DNA of 64,000 nt from Callorhinchus milii (lineage: Eukaryota): contig NW_024704742.1 in NCBI RefSeq assembly GCF_018977255.1, forward strand, positions 34,350,001 to 34,414,000, in the 5' to 3' direction. Under the pieces are notes generated by a model. It was given only the letters and a program-made list of their open reading frames with translations, had not been told where the DNA came from and did no database searches. Position numbers and translations under genes: made by a program. Every line of letters begins with the position of its first letter. Within the stretch, counting starts at the first letter, position 1. Below, piece by piece: positions 24,035 to 38,030 of the stretch.

Positions 24035-26164
24035 ATGGTGCTTCCATCAAAGGAAGATGCTTTTATATGATGGTGAATGCTGCTTTTGTCATAAATCTCA
24101 TACCTTTACACGTTTCACAGATTTTACCATGAATACTGAATCACAGATGTCTGGGTAATACAAAATGATGTATTAAATGTGCTTAGTAATTACCATCACT
24201 GGATAATTGTATTAGTTTCTTCTGTTTTGTATTAAACGCATAAATCTCCTCTAATCCTGCAAATTTACCAATGGTATTTGGTACTACGTATGGATTTCTA
24301 GTCTTCATTGAATTATTCTAGTTTATACTATGATGTAATGTTGGAAATACTGTCAGAAATGAAACATGCTGTGTATGATATTAACTGCCAATTTAAGAAA
24401 GCTCTTGTGCTTTTTGTAGCTGCTAGTCTTGTCTTAGAAAGAAGAAAATAAGGAAGAGAGTGTGTTCTGTCTCAATGACACTACAGCAGAGGTAATCCCT
24501 GTGTAAGAAGTAAGTAAGTATGGTCTGCCTAATCCAGTCTCAGTGTGAAACTGTTGACATTTGTTCTTTTTTTCATCATTATGTGACTGGGCCTGTTTTG
24601 TGCTGGATTAGGCACAAATCTCCAATGCAGCACATTTGGCATGTTAGTAGTAGTTTAACTTCATTAATAATGTATGAAGAGAATGAAATCTCTGATGGGG
24701 AAGATATAAAAGGTAATTTGTCTGTGTTAAAAAGAAAATCCTGAATATTCTTGGATATCTATTAGATTATTCTTTGTTACCCAAATACAGTCATTGCCAC
24801 CTTCAAGAATGATTCCAGAATGGACTGTTTCAAAAACAGGGTTGTATTTGTCTTTAAAGTCCCGGCTGAAATTCATTGATTACCGGCACTAATCAGATGC
24901 TGTAAAGAAAAATTCTATTGATTGCAAATGCCCGCATCACGTTTTTTCCCTAGACTTTGCCTTGATTTAAGAACAATCTTCTTTAATGAATACAGTTAAA
25001 AATAGCTGGAAGATACTATATGAAGTTTATGAATGTACAGCCTCCCATTAACAGAAAGCGACTACACATTTTTCAGTGGCTGATAGATCTGAGACTGGAC
25101 CCTTAGCTGTGGTCACTTACAAGTACTTTGTGTTATTCTCTCTTGTTGCATTTGTCCCAGCAAAGCAACAGCTGGGAAGACTTTTTCAACAAAGATGAGT
25201 GTTAGATAATCCTGATGAGATACATGTCTAACATCTTTTGTAATTATGTCACATTCAGCAATTCTGGAATAATTCAAGATGGAAAGACAGGCTTTGATCT
25301 TTCCTTAAACCTCTCCCTAAGGATTGTTCGTCGAAAACATCTAATATGTATTCCTGTACCATGATTTAATGCATATTTTTTCACCAAAGCATTGTCTATG
25401 TTTAAGACAAACTCTAACTCTAATAAATATTAGTTTGAAGTAAACCTAAGCGAATGATTATAAAGTGGCATATACAGCAGAACATTCAATACTGGCCACC
25501 CTTTATGCAGACTTTATTTAGGCACCTAATTTGATTTACAATCAAATGACTCATTGGAAAATATTGAAGAATTGCTACATTTTAGCTGAACAGATTTCCT
25601 TTTATGATTGTTGTAGGTATTTTGCTGTGAGAGTTTCTCACTAGTGGAATCTCAGCTTACACGTCAAATGTGTTTTGCAGTCTTTGATAGGAACTTTGTA
25701 CATCGGGGTTAAATATTTTGCTATTGCCAAGGCTTCTACAAACCCAGATTTTCCAAGCAAACACATAAATAGTTTAGCTTTGGGGATAATTTGATGTCCT
25801 TAATGAATTCAGTTTTAACTCTGTTTTCTCAGCTGTCTCCCAAACACTGCATTTGGTACCTTTGGCTCTGTTTTCTCTGAACCCTGCCAGACCAGTGTTG
25901 TTTACTGGAAGTGTGTACATGTCCCCAGAGTGGAGGTCAGCAAAGCTTAAGTGGGAAAGGGTGTGAGAGAAGAAAGGTAGTGTTACCACATTGCTAGCTA
26001 GGTGGCAAGGGTATTTCTTTTCCCATCTGCTTGTTTGTTTCAGGACTAACTTATGGGATACGAGTACAAATCCTTCACTTCTAGCAATATAAAGACAACC
26101 AAGTATAATTATTGAACAGTTAAAGGAAAAATAGTGCTGCTGAATTGTCTCATAATCCTCCCAA

Positions 26165-26936
26165 AAACAATAATAATAATAATCGACAATCCTTGTGTTT
26201 GATTTAATGCCTTTCATATTGGGAGGATGTCTCAAATTGCTTCACAGAATAATAATAATAATATTAATCCTTGCATTTGATATGGTGCCTTATTACATCG
26301 ACGAGACGTCTCAAAGCCCTTCACAGGATAGGCTGTAAACTGGATTGACTATGTACTTTGTGGGCGAAGTGCAGCAACGGGTTTACACGCAGCAGTATCC
26401 CACAAATAGCCATGGAGTGAGTGACTGATTTATTTGGGGCATTTGTTAGCCAGGACACCAGGAGAAACTAGTTTCTCTTTTCGAATAGTAACGTGGGATC
26501 TATAATGTTCACCTGAACAAGTAGATGGATCCTTGGTTTAACATCAAAGGAAGGCTTCTCTGACGATTCAAGACAGCCCCAGCACTGCAATGGAGTGTCA
26601 GCTTAAACTATGTGATTCTAAGTCCCAAAATGGGGCTTGAACCCATAATCTTCTTACTTAAAGGCGAGAATGCTATCAAAGCACTAGACTGACACTGTTA
26701 ACACAGCAGACAATTTACCCACAGCAAGTTCCCACAATAGCCATGAAGTGATTACCAATTTTATCTGGGAGACTGTTAGCCAAGGCACCAGAAGAAACTT
26801 GTTTCTCTTTACGAATAATGCCAGCGTTGGAGTGCAAACTTAGACTACGTTAACAAAAGAAGCCCCAGTGTGGGACTTGCATCCACAAACTTCTAACTCT
26901 AGCGGTATGTGCTATTAACTGAGCCAGGGTGACACC
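26165..26936 (-). mobile_element. Cluster of three SINE pieces: tail fragment, near-complete Deu-SINE (26248-26696) and internally deleted Deu-SINE (26700-26936)
   Basis: Two reverse-complement tails, two copies of gttagcca.g.caccag.agaaact.gtttctcttt.cgaata and two tRNA-head remnants ending gacac. Confidence 0.8.
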
Positions 26937-26976
26937 AATGGTAGGCAGGAGAGATATCTTAGCAAGCACTGGCATC

Positions 26977-27176
26977 TTTTTGTTGAGTAGCTGGTTGGAG
27001 GAGCCTGAGAGATAACACTGTGTATAAGATTCTCCCTGGCATGAGATCGTGGGGTTCCCTCCCGATGATGTCATGGATGGGGAACACTGACCTCATCCCA
27101 TTGCCACCCCCACAATGGGGGAATTCCTTACTAAATGTCTGCTCTGAGGCTCCCTCCAACCAGCGAGTCAAAAACA
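26977..27176. mobile_element. Fold-back (long imperfect palindrome) element of about 200 bp, MITE-like
   Basis: Outer arms gctggttggag-gagcctgagag and ctctgaggctccctccaaccagc pair. Inner arm pairs are taagattctccc/gggggaattcctta and atgagatcgtggggttccc/ggggaacactgacctcat. Confidence 0.75.
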
Positions 27177-28204
27177 TTATTATTGATAACACTATAATAA
27201 GTGGCTACTGAAAGGCACCCGTGACAATGCAGAAGTTGGTAGAAATTCCAACTGGGTTTAGATTTACTCTTTTAACATTGCATTTCAGAGCATCGAGAAT
27301 TAGATTTTTAATCAAATAAATCATGTCACTCCTTACTATGCAGTTGCCAGGCCTTCAATGACACAGTTGGTGTCTGTCTTGGTTTCTGCTGTTAGATACA
27401 ACTCACAGTGTGTGTTATAAAATATTGAAGATGTGGGTGTCATTTGAAGAATGTAATCTGATCTCAGGCTTTATCTGATGATTCAAAAATACTTGAGGTT
27501 CACTTGGGTGGTTTATGGGATTATCTGAACTCCTTGATAAGATCTTTCTTGCAATCACAGGTATTCATTATTATCTGGTTATTGTAACAGATGTTCAGTG
27601 GCTTAATTTCCTGATAATTGTCCGCGAATCATTTTTAATAAACAGGCAAAAATGATGCAGATATCATTAATCCTACAGTGTGAACATTTTCCTATACCAA
27701 TAGAGCACCCTAAGAGCTGGGAGGAGCACTGGCACAAGAACACAATCAAAACGGAATAAATCCCATATTCATTCCAACAATGTGTAAAATTAAAATTAAA
27801 AGACACTGAGGCTGCATTCAAATTCGGGGTTTCAGACGACTGTTAAAACCTGCTCTTAACTTTCATTCAAATTAATCCCTTCAATTAAACTACTATTAAT
27901 GCTAAGTTTTTTTTAACAACAGAGGCCATTTGACCCATCTTGCCTGTGCTTGTTCTCTAAAACTGCTAGCCATTAATCACATTCTCCTGCCTTTTTTCCA
28001 TGCGCTTTTTATATAATATTACTATTATTATTATAGATATATTTAGATGCTTTTTTATATCAAAATTATGAAAGTTGTTGAGTTCTACAAGGAGAACAAG
28101 AATCTCATCACGCACCACAATTTAGTTCTGTTATGAAGTGAATTCGACTTAGATTAACTTTTAGTTACCTGGATATGAACAAAGTGACCTACGAGAATAC
28201 GTAT

Positions 28205-28500
28205 ATTTAGATAGAGTGTACAGCATTGAATCCGGCCATTCAGCCCAGCTCGTCCATTCCAGTGTTTATACTCCACATGAGCCTCCACCCGCTCCTTACG
28301 CCCTCCCATACCCTTCTATTGGCTTCTCCCTCATTTGAAAGTCTAGCTTCCTCTTAAATACATCTGCACTATCATATACCACCGCTTCCACACTCTCACT
28401 ATCCTCGGTGTGAAGTAGCTCTTCCTAAATTCTCTTTTTAGTTGCTGTAGTCGCTATCTTACATCTGTGGTTACAGAATCCTCAACAAATGGGAACATTC
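28205..28500 (-). mobile_element. CR1 3' end
   Basis: tacagcattgaatccggccattcagcccag..ccatacccttctatt..tctagcttcctcttaaatacatct..ttccacactctcactatcctcggtgtgaag is a reverse-complement CR1 3'UTR and ORF2 end. Confidence 0.8.
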
Positions 28501-29492
28501 TATTTACACTAACTTTTATGTACTCTGCAGTTGCCAATTAATAAAAGCTTTTGTACAAAAGAACAGCACAAATGCTGAAATCCAGTTCAGGGCGTTTTAG
28601 CTCTGTTTCAAAGTAAAACAGAGCAATATAGAGCAAGATATATAAATAAAGTTTGACACTCAGCATCGCTATACTGCTGGGAAGAAAGCAGCTTCACTCC
28701 TGGGAATATAAATACAGGAGCATTACTTACTTAAACAGTTTGCTCTCTATCTGTTTACTTTAAGAATGCATTCAATAATTGCCAGTATTCTGTTGTTGCT
28801 TGATCAGTATTAATTTATATGCAAATAATTACTGCCATCACTTATCTACTAGTATTGTTTCCACCTTTGACATTACTGTACAATGGCAGTCCATCATCCA
28901 GATCAACAGGCTTAAATATGTGAACACTCTGTACCTCCTCGTCTTAGAATCATAGAAGATTACAGCACAGAAAGAGGCCATTTATCCCATCGTATAGCTT
29001 CATATCTTTTCAATTTTCTCCTCATAGTTTTTGGTGATACCAGTGTTTTTAAATATTACATATACCAGCAATTCCAATAATGTATTGCTAAGATTCCTTG
29101 TAATGGCATGAAAACATTTAAGACTGTACTTTAATGAATTTGTTTTGTGGTTTATAACATTTGCATTTCCCTCTTTACCTCAAGAACCCTGTATCCTTCT
29201 CCCAGCTAATAACACTGTGATCCTCTATGTTTATTGAAGTGTTCAATCCTCAAATCCAAATCTTGTTTAAACAATCCCTTTTGCTGGATATTGTGAGGCA
29301 TTAGCTTATCGTTCCAGTTAATTATGTATTTTTTTATTGAGTTAAGTCAGTAGCCCAGGAAGCAGTACTTGAGCACTAAGCTTGAGGCTGGTAGCTCAAA
29401 TGGTAGCTATAGATAGCTTTGAGACAACCATTATGATGATGTCCAGGGGGGAATGAGCATGACCAGACACCAGCAGGGAAGGTTTCCGTAAC

Positions 29493-29925
29493 ATAATAAT
29501 ATTCATTGCACTTCATATAGCATCTTTTCTTGTCAAAATATCTCAAAGTGCTGCACAGAGTATTACAGCAAACTGTAGTGATCACTTGTGGGCAAACAAG
29601 GCAGTCAATTTGGTGCCCAGAAATGTCCGACAAACAGCCATGAAACAAATGACCAACTGTTTTTATTGAGGGGATTGTTGGTAGGACACCAGGCGAAACT
29701 CCACATTTCAAACAGTAGTATGAGATCTTTAATATCCACCTGAGCAGGCAGATAGGAACTCAGTTTAACATCTCATCCGAAAAATGGCATTTCTGGCCAT
29801 GCAATGTTTTCCCAGCACTGCACTGAAGTGGCAGCCTAGACCATGAGCTAAAAGTCCCAGTGAGTCTTGAAACCACAATCTTCTGACTCAGAGACAAGAG
29901 TGCTACAAACTGAACTGGACTAACA
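29493..29925 (-). mobile_element. Deu-domain SINE, near full length
   Basis: Reverse-complement tail, core (gagatctttaatatccacctgagcaggcaga..cagtttaacatctcatccgaaa) and head (cttgaaaccacaatcttctgactcagagacaagagtgctac). Confidence 0.85.
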
Positions 29926-31674
29926 TGGACTAACATGCAAGGATAATTATTATAAAATAATTTCACATTAAACGATAATATCACAAATCACAATTTAACA
30001 TATACATTTCTTTTAATATTCTGCAAAGCAATCTATATGAGCAATAAACTAAAGTGTACAATTTTTATGGTGATTAACATAAGGAATGTATAATGAAAGA
30101 CCACAAGCTTTACCCTAATTAGTTAATAGCTTGTTTTTTAAAAAAATTCTGTACCAAGATTTTGTTGATGAAATCCATTAACGCAGTAATGGTTTAGATT
30201 GGGGCCAAAACCAAATGACAAATCTAAGTCAATTTCTGCATGTTTCAATTGCCGGCGGACGATTGACAGCTCTTGCGTCCGTGAATGACTAGTGGTAACT
30301 AGCAGGTAGTGCCCAGACACATGCAAGGCCTCAAGTAGTCCTAGGTCCCACATGTACTGTTGCTATAGCATGTTTCTAGGGCTCAGGCCTTTCCAAGAAA
30401 CCCTAGTTGTCATTGTATTCAATGGATGTTATTCAGTGGTCCGTGGGATTACTTTCATAGTGTAAACTGTTTTAAAGCCTGCAGTTAGCCCTGGTTTTGC
30501 TCTGAAAAAGTGTAGGGATTCTCCCATTGGTGTTTTCATATTTAAAGATGTAGGAGACATTTTAATCATATTTTTAAACATTGAAACAATAAACTGCTGA
30601 ATTAGTGTAAGTTCACCCCAAAGTCTGTCTCTGTGCTACCTATAACTTTTTCACAGTAATAAAAAGAAGTCTTAAGTGTGCACAAAAGTCTTCACTTCCT
30701 ATGGTTACTACTTTTTATTTCCGTTCTCTTTTGTTCTGTTCATCTGTTTATTTTATTCTTCATCATTCATTATGCATATCATTCTGCAAATACTTTTTTC
30801 GACATTGCTTCTGTACTTCAATGCCTTGATTATTCTCACACATTATTTTTTCCAAAGTTTCAGTTTTCTTTTATTTTACATTTCTTTCTCCACTTATCCC
30901 TAGAAGTGCCATTCCTAGCTTTATTTTTATTCATCTATCTCCATTCAAATTTCCTCCTTTCCAGCTCGCTCTTTTTTCCATCTGAACTGACCCACAAGGA
31001 TATGTGGGGATTGCTTTGACAAATCTCATATATTTGCAGGAACTGCTACTCCCCTTTAAATATCAAACCCATGTCCTGCTCAATCAGGTGGTACAAAGGC
31101 AGCTCTGTTTATACCAAGCTGTATACAAATTACAATTCAGTTTATGTAACCCAATTCAATGAGAAAAGCCTACCCTCTATTATTAGACACTATGACACAC
31201 TTGCTACCCACCAGCAAAGAAAAAGAGAAAATTGTCAGAACAAAATAAAAGCCACGTGCTTTGCTGTTCTGCAGTGTGACACAGGTTGAAGTGCATTCAA
31301 AAGGCATAACATCATTTGCGGGGGTTGAGATGACACTGCTAAATCACTCAAGCTTTTATCTGATAGTTTGCATAGTTACCTCAACCTAATGGGCACTTAC
31401 TGACTTGTGACCAGATGTTGAAGTGGAATCGAGATGTTATCCAAAGCATGTCTATAAATTTATGTGTTTTAATTATTCTTTATATTGTTATTATGAGAGG
31501 ATATTTTTAGTCTGCCATGGCAAACCTATTCAAAGTTGTTTTCAATTGCATCTGGCCCAGGCAATATCACTTCAGAATTATTGGGGGCATTAGGGCTTTA
31601 GTTTTAAAAGTCCTCCAATGATACAAAGAGCCTTTGTCTTGGTGGTTGGTCCAATCAACTACACGCTCAAAAGA

Positions 31675-31706
<32 letters not shown>

Positions 31707-31935
31707 TAAATAAATAAATAAATAAATAGAACAATAGAAAAATAGAAAAATAAAAAATAATAATAAATTGATCACTCAATCTACAACTGTTTGTGGGCAC
31801 TGCTGTGCGCAATTGGCTGCCGCATTTTGCCCACAAAATACGCAGTCAATTCACTTTACAGTGTATTCTGTGAAGCACTTTGAGACGTCTTGAAGACACG
31901 ATAAGGCATTATATCAAATGAAAGGAATATTATTA
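31675..31935 (+). mobile_element. 5'-truncated SINE family A preceded by a (TAAG)n(TAAA)n microsatellite
   Basis: Microsatellite at 31675-31727; SINE body and tail at about 31750-31935. Confidence 0.88.
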
Positions 31936-33267
31936 AATATTATTTAAGTATTAAAAGGAGTACATTTGTGCTGAAGGGAAGTAGGTAAGGGAAGAAATTC
32001 AGATTTGGGATTTTCACAGGAGTAGATACTGACAGTAGTGCAGAAAACTGGAAGGATGAGAGTCCTTTAACAACTGGAACTTATAACCTATTTTATTTAT
32101 TATTCATTATATTAAAACTGTTGCTCCTATCACCACATTATTACTTATGTAAACTTAAAACTTGCAGTTTAGTGTCATTTATAAAACTGACTTAAATCAC
32201 CACAATTAACACTAAAATATGACAGCAGTTTACATTTGTGCTGCACTGAGATATGCTTACCAGACACATTTGCTATTATTTGAAACTTTTAACAGTGACA
32301 CACAATAACACAAACAAGGCCAGTTGGGTAAGGAACACTTTTGAGCTTTGTCAAAAAGCAGAGAAGGAAAAATATTCTGTAATAGATTATTTACGGTATT
32401 TTCAGGCACTACCGCTGTATGGCATAATTATCCAAGACGCTTCACTACTTAAATTCAAAAAACCTTTGATTTTTTATCCCATAACTCCATCAAGAAGCCA
32501 TGGCTTCTAGACAGCAAGATAAATTTGTTTAAGAAGAGAACCCTAAAATGAAACATTGATCCCACAGCTACTTTGGAAGTATAGCACTGCTTTGGGCAGC
32601 GGTGTTGGTGAAATTATAGCAATAGAGCATGTAAAAAGCAAATCCTTAGCTCAGCAAACAAGGGAGTGGCAACCACTGTGTGCAAGACTTTTAGGAGTTG
32701 TTCAATTTATGATTTTTCATTGCTGGTTCTGGTAAAAAGGATCAATACTACACTGATTTATATCTCCTAATAAGAGATTAGAGTCACAAATATCAGTTGT
32801 TTTGAGCCATGCAACTTATACCTGGAGCTTGTCATCACTACATTTAAATTGATTTATAGTTCTCTAGTTTTATTTGCTTAAGCCACAACGTTGATTTATT
32901 GCAAGAGATAGAGTTTACAATTTAAAAGAAATTGCATTCAGAGAAACCTTTTGCTTGATGTATCATTTTAAAATAAAATTATATTCTGCATCAATTTTGC
33001 AAAGCAGTGTTGATCCGTTTGTTCCATTTGAATACGATTTGAGTGAAACATCACTCACCTTTGTGTAAAATTTTAATAGTGACAAATAATTATGATACAA
33101 TAAGGTGCTAATTCTGAGTGCATTTATTATCATTCAAATAACCAAATAACCATGCCAATTTAAATGGTCTTAAGTGACTCTGAGAAGCACTTACGATTTT
33201 AAACACAGATGCAGTGCGATGTATCAGCTCCAATGTATCTCAGAATTGTAGTCATTTGAATCTATGA

Positions 33268-33775
33268 TAATAATAATCCTTGCATTTGATATAGCGCTTT
33301 TCACATTTTCTAGACGTCACAAAGCCCTTCACAGAATATGCTGTAAAGTGAATTGACTGTATATTTGTGGGCGAAAACACCAACCACTCATTTTGTTAGG
33401 TGTTTATAATGGCAAATTCCATTCTAAACCATCTTAAAAAATGTTATTAGTTATAGCAATCAGCAAATAATAGATCTCCAAAATACATCATATAAACATT
33501 GCAGAGGTAAGTTACTGAAAATTGAGTACTTATATAATAATCCTTGCATTTGAATACTTAAATTTGAAGCAGACGCATCTCTCACATACGAATAATTGTA
33601 TTTTGCCAAATAGTAAATATTCATCAGTCATTTCATGGCTATTTGTGAGATATTGCTGGGCACAAATTGGCTGCCAATGTCACCTACATAAATACACCAT
33701 CACTACATTTTACAATAAGTCTTGCTAAGTCCTCCTGACGTGAAAGGCGCATATCAAATGCAAGGATTATTATTA
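33268..33775. mobile_element. Two oppositely oriented SINE 3' fragments (33268-33380 minus; about 33615-33775 plus)
   Basis: taataatccttgcatttgatatagcgc.. on the left and ..gtgaaaggcgcatatcaaatgcaaggattattatt on the right. Confidence 0.8.
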
Positions 33776-36700
33776 GTAGTAGCAGTAATTTTAGTCATCA
33801 ATTATATTGGAATTAAACTTCTGGTCATGTTAAATATTTGGCAGTCTGTAATATTGTAACTTCAAACATCTTCTGAGGCATTATTATGACATTTAATAAA
33901 AGGCAAAGAAAGTACCGTGTTGCCAGATTGTAGAAAACAAAGTAAGGAAAAAGATGCTAACAGGATAGAAATTACTGATGAAATGCAGAAATGATAGCAT
34001 AGCCCTTGGGGTTTTAACTGTGCAAATGTATTGGCTGTTATGAAACATGACTTCCAAGAAATATAATGAATTCCATAGTCAATAACTCCATGTTTGCATA
34101 TGTGTACTCCATTCGTGTTATCAAGCTGATCTGATTTCCATGCATTTGAGCAGGATATGTCACACACATGTTATTACATCCGATTCATTCCTGGATAATT
34201 GCCCTTTGGCATGTTAGTGACAGATTCCCAATGATTGTTCATTCATCCTATTGATTAACACCTGCTGGACCTATTTATTAGTCCCTGCCAATCCTTTTCA
34301 AAACCTACGTTGTTAGTAATGGATAAGAGCAAAAGCTCCTGGAGAATGTAATGGAAAAGACACACATTTATGCATGCGCATTAATCAGTGTGCTTGCTCC
34401 AAAGAGAACATTGTAGGCCCGAAATTCCGTACCGTGCTCTACTCAGGAAATACTTCAAAAGTAGTGGAATTTGAGGGAAAAACGGTGAAGACGTATTTTG
34501 TTAAAATACATACAAAATCACATCTTTTTTGGTGTAAGCCATTCCATTTCTTTGGTGCTCAGGAACAGCTGGTTGAGCACCAAATAAATCAGAAGGAAGA
34601 GGAGCAATGAAGGGTATCACACTTTCAACAACAACAACAAAACCTGCATTTATAAAGCACCCTTCACCCAGAGTAATGTCTCGGAGCACTTTCAAAATGC
34701 TTTCAAGAGTGGTTGTTGAAGTAACTGTTATTAAGACTTTGCAAACTGTTTGGGAGATACACAGTTACAATGGGGAACTTCTACTTACCTCACAGCCTTT
34801 GAGGTTATCCTTTCAGAGTGCTCCATGACACCTCCACAATTTGAGTCTCCACATTTGAAACGGCTTTTGGGTCACCAACCACTCTTCTATTGCTGCACAT
34901 TTATTTTGAGGGTTAAACCGTGTTTTTCATTGAAAGCAGCGTCAACATACCCCACACATATTCCTGCGACCCAACAATCACCTTATTGTGGTCATTTTTA
35001 GTTATGTTGTTGACAGTTTTGAAGCTTTATTCTGATTGGCTGCTCTTATGATATTCAGATCAGACTCTTCTAAAGACAATCTTTCAGACACCAGAATTCA
35101 TCTGCGTTGATATTTCCAGGAAAAAAATACCTTTTAACTTAAAAAACTTGTAACTTTTTCAGTGTAAACCCACTGGAATTTAAACCTTTACATTGCTTAT
35201 TGGTTAGAAATACATAAGAGGATGAAGGGAATAGAAGGGTATGGGATGGAGTAAGGAGTAGATGTAGAATTATGTGGAATATAAATAACTGCACAGAATA
35301 TTTGGGTTGATTGGATGTTTCTCGCGCTGTACAATATATGTAAATCTATGTAAACTTCTGCATAAAAGGCGACATTGAGATGAATCATTAAATCGTGTCT
35401 CCTACCACCCACAAAAGATTGATTTTGTCTGTCAATCTCTTTTTCTTGCAAATTGCTTTTCCTCTCTGAACAGATACTTCAATGTGATAACTGAAGGCAG
35501 TTCAGCACATTACAGCATAAGTGAAGACAATGCAAGCTCAATAAGCAAGCTTTTTTGCTGGAAGCTAAAAAACTGAATCCAAACAGCAAACCAGGACTGA
35601 GTATGTAACAGGAAGAACAAACAGCTTGGATAATGTAGGAGTCTGCAACATCTCAGAATCTCAGAATTCAGCTGGCTTTATAAACCACCTGCAGTTTTCT
35701 CTCTGTTTATAAAATGTTACCATTTTACCGGCAAACCCATTAAATCTGGACTGATGTGTTTCTCCACATAAAACGCCTAATCTAATCCCAATCTCCTGTT
35801 TGCTGCCCATGCTCTTTAATATGATGACATTTAATTGATGACATTGCATCCTTGTAGCACCTTCCTAGCATGATATTATTGTATGGATATTTGGAGGATA
35901 GTAGACAAGTGCTTGTGTTTTCAGACCTAGTGAAGTTGGACATGTCTTGTTTAAAAAAATAGAACATCAATACCTGCTACATAGTTTACTCCAATGCAAG
36001 TACTTTCACACCGTTAGCAATCTTCGCAGTTTGTGAAAAGAGATTACATAATAAAAACTTTGCATTAGGTATGATGCCTTTTCACATCAGGAGGATTTCT
36101 CAAAACCCTTCAAAGAATTTATTGTAAATTCAATGACTCTGTATTTTGTAGACAAACATGTATATTTAAACCCCCGGCTATTTCACTAATTGGAAGGTGG
36201 GGGGGAGATGCAGTCCGACAAGCCTGAATTTCCGGCTAAGTGTAATTACTATGCCAGCACCGGTGAGACTACTCAGTGCGGCTATGGTGTATGCTCAGAG
36301 CGTTAAGAGTTGGGAGTCTGTGGGCCTGAAGAAATTTTTGGCCCGCGGGATTTTATTTTTTAATTTTTAGGTTTTGGGCCCAGTGTGGCAAGGTTTGAAT
36401 TTCAGATACACGGAGTCCAGTAAACCGTGGGTTTACTGTGCTGCTCTGTCTGTGGTCTCTGAATACCACACCACACCAGTGACAGGGGCACTTCTGAGAG
36501 TTGGATATTCAAGAATAGTTAGATAGTTCATCCATGGTTCTAATAATGAATTTTAATTTAAAAATAGTATCTGTTGAACATTTACAGCTTTTACGGATGC
36601 TTACAAATTTCTGCAACCATTTATGAACACTGTTACTTTAAATCCAAATCCCGGACAAACTCCAGACAAAGAGAACTGTGTCCAGTTTATTTTAGCACAG

Positions 36701-36796
36701 TCTGAATGATGAATAGTGCTTGGAATTGCAGAAAATTGCAGTAAATTGCAGTTGTTAAAAGAAGCAGAGGAAGGTGAGAAGAAATGCTTTAACATA

Positions 36797-37053
36797 GCGA
36801 GTTGTTGGGATCTGGAATGCATTGCCTGAATGGGTGGTGGAAGCCGATTCGATAACAACTTTTAAGTAGAAATAGATAATTAAAGTAGATAAACAACTTT
36901 TAAGAGAAGTAGATAATTATTTGGGGAGGACAAGTTTTCAGGGCTATGGGAAGAGAGCGGGAGAGGGATTGATTTGGATAGCTCTTTCAAAAGAGCCGGC
37001 ACAGACACGATGGGCCAAATGGCCTCCCTCTGTGCTATTTAATTCTATGATTC
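36797..37053 (+). mobile_element. CR1 3' end with a small internal duplication
   Basis: gagttgttgggatctggaatgcattgcctga..gtggtggaagc (RVVGIWNALPE), then gggctatggg..gagccggcacagacacgatgggccaaatggcctccctctgtgct..ttctatgattc. The block aacaacttttaag..agataatta is duplicated. Confidence 0.9.
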
Positions 37054-37728
37054 AAATGATTATGATAATTTTAAATGGGGATATATGTAATTATAATAAT
37101 GGTACACCAAACCATTCACTATTCAAGGCCAGCATATAAGTGTCAACCTATAATATTATGCCACTGCAACTCAAGGAATACTTTAATCTTTTTAACCATA
37201 TTGCTACAATGAAATATATCTGTACACTGACCCTGAAAACCATTAAATCTCCAATACCCTGTCCAATAAAAAAGGGCCAAATTATAATGTTTAAAGAAAA
37301 ATTGTGCAAGCACCCTGACAAATCCCGTTAGTATGCAGTCGTATCGTCTTCCAGTTTATCTCCACCAGTATATTCAGCTAATGCAGAAACAACACAACCC
37401 AGATCCTAAAACAAACACATTCTGACATTTCTGCTTTATTTTTTATTGCCATTGATGGTGCATCATTTTATAGGGCAAATATACCTTGTAATGGTCTAAC
37501 AAGGCAGTAATCTCCCAGACAATCAGGGACCTGAATGGTTACTTGCCTTCAATTTTCATTTCATTTTTATATCATTGTCAAGGTATCTATTTCCACCAAG
37601 TAGTTAGACATCATTTTAAATATCTATGAATTTTGGATTCCGTATAATTTGTTTTTTTTAAGGTATTCCTTATGAAGGAATCACATTAAGAATCTTGTTG
37701 ACCCAGGGGGTCGCTAGTCCGGAGGAAG

Positions 37729-37729
<1 letters not shown>

Positions 37730-37793
<64 letters not shown>

Positions 37794-38030
37794 CCTTGCA
37801 TTTGATATAGCGCTTTTCATGTCTTCTAGATGTGAAGATTCCATCGGAGCAATTTCACTGAGATCAAGGTTTGTAATACTGGCCTTTAACAGTGGAGGGA
37901 TTGTTATACTAATAATAATAATAATCCTTGCATTTGATATAGCGCCTTATCACATCTTCGAGATGTTTCAAAGCACTTCATAGAATATACTGTAAAGTGA
38001 ATTGACTACATATTTTGTGGACAAAACGCA
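37730..38030 (-). mobile_element. Two SINE tail fragments, the first with an expanded (AAT)n tract at 37730-37793
   Basis: (aat)n-ccttgcatttgatatagcgc occurs at about 37794 and about 37926. Confidence 0.85.
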
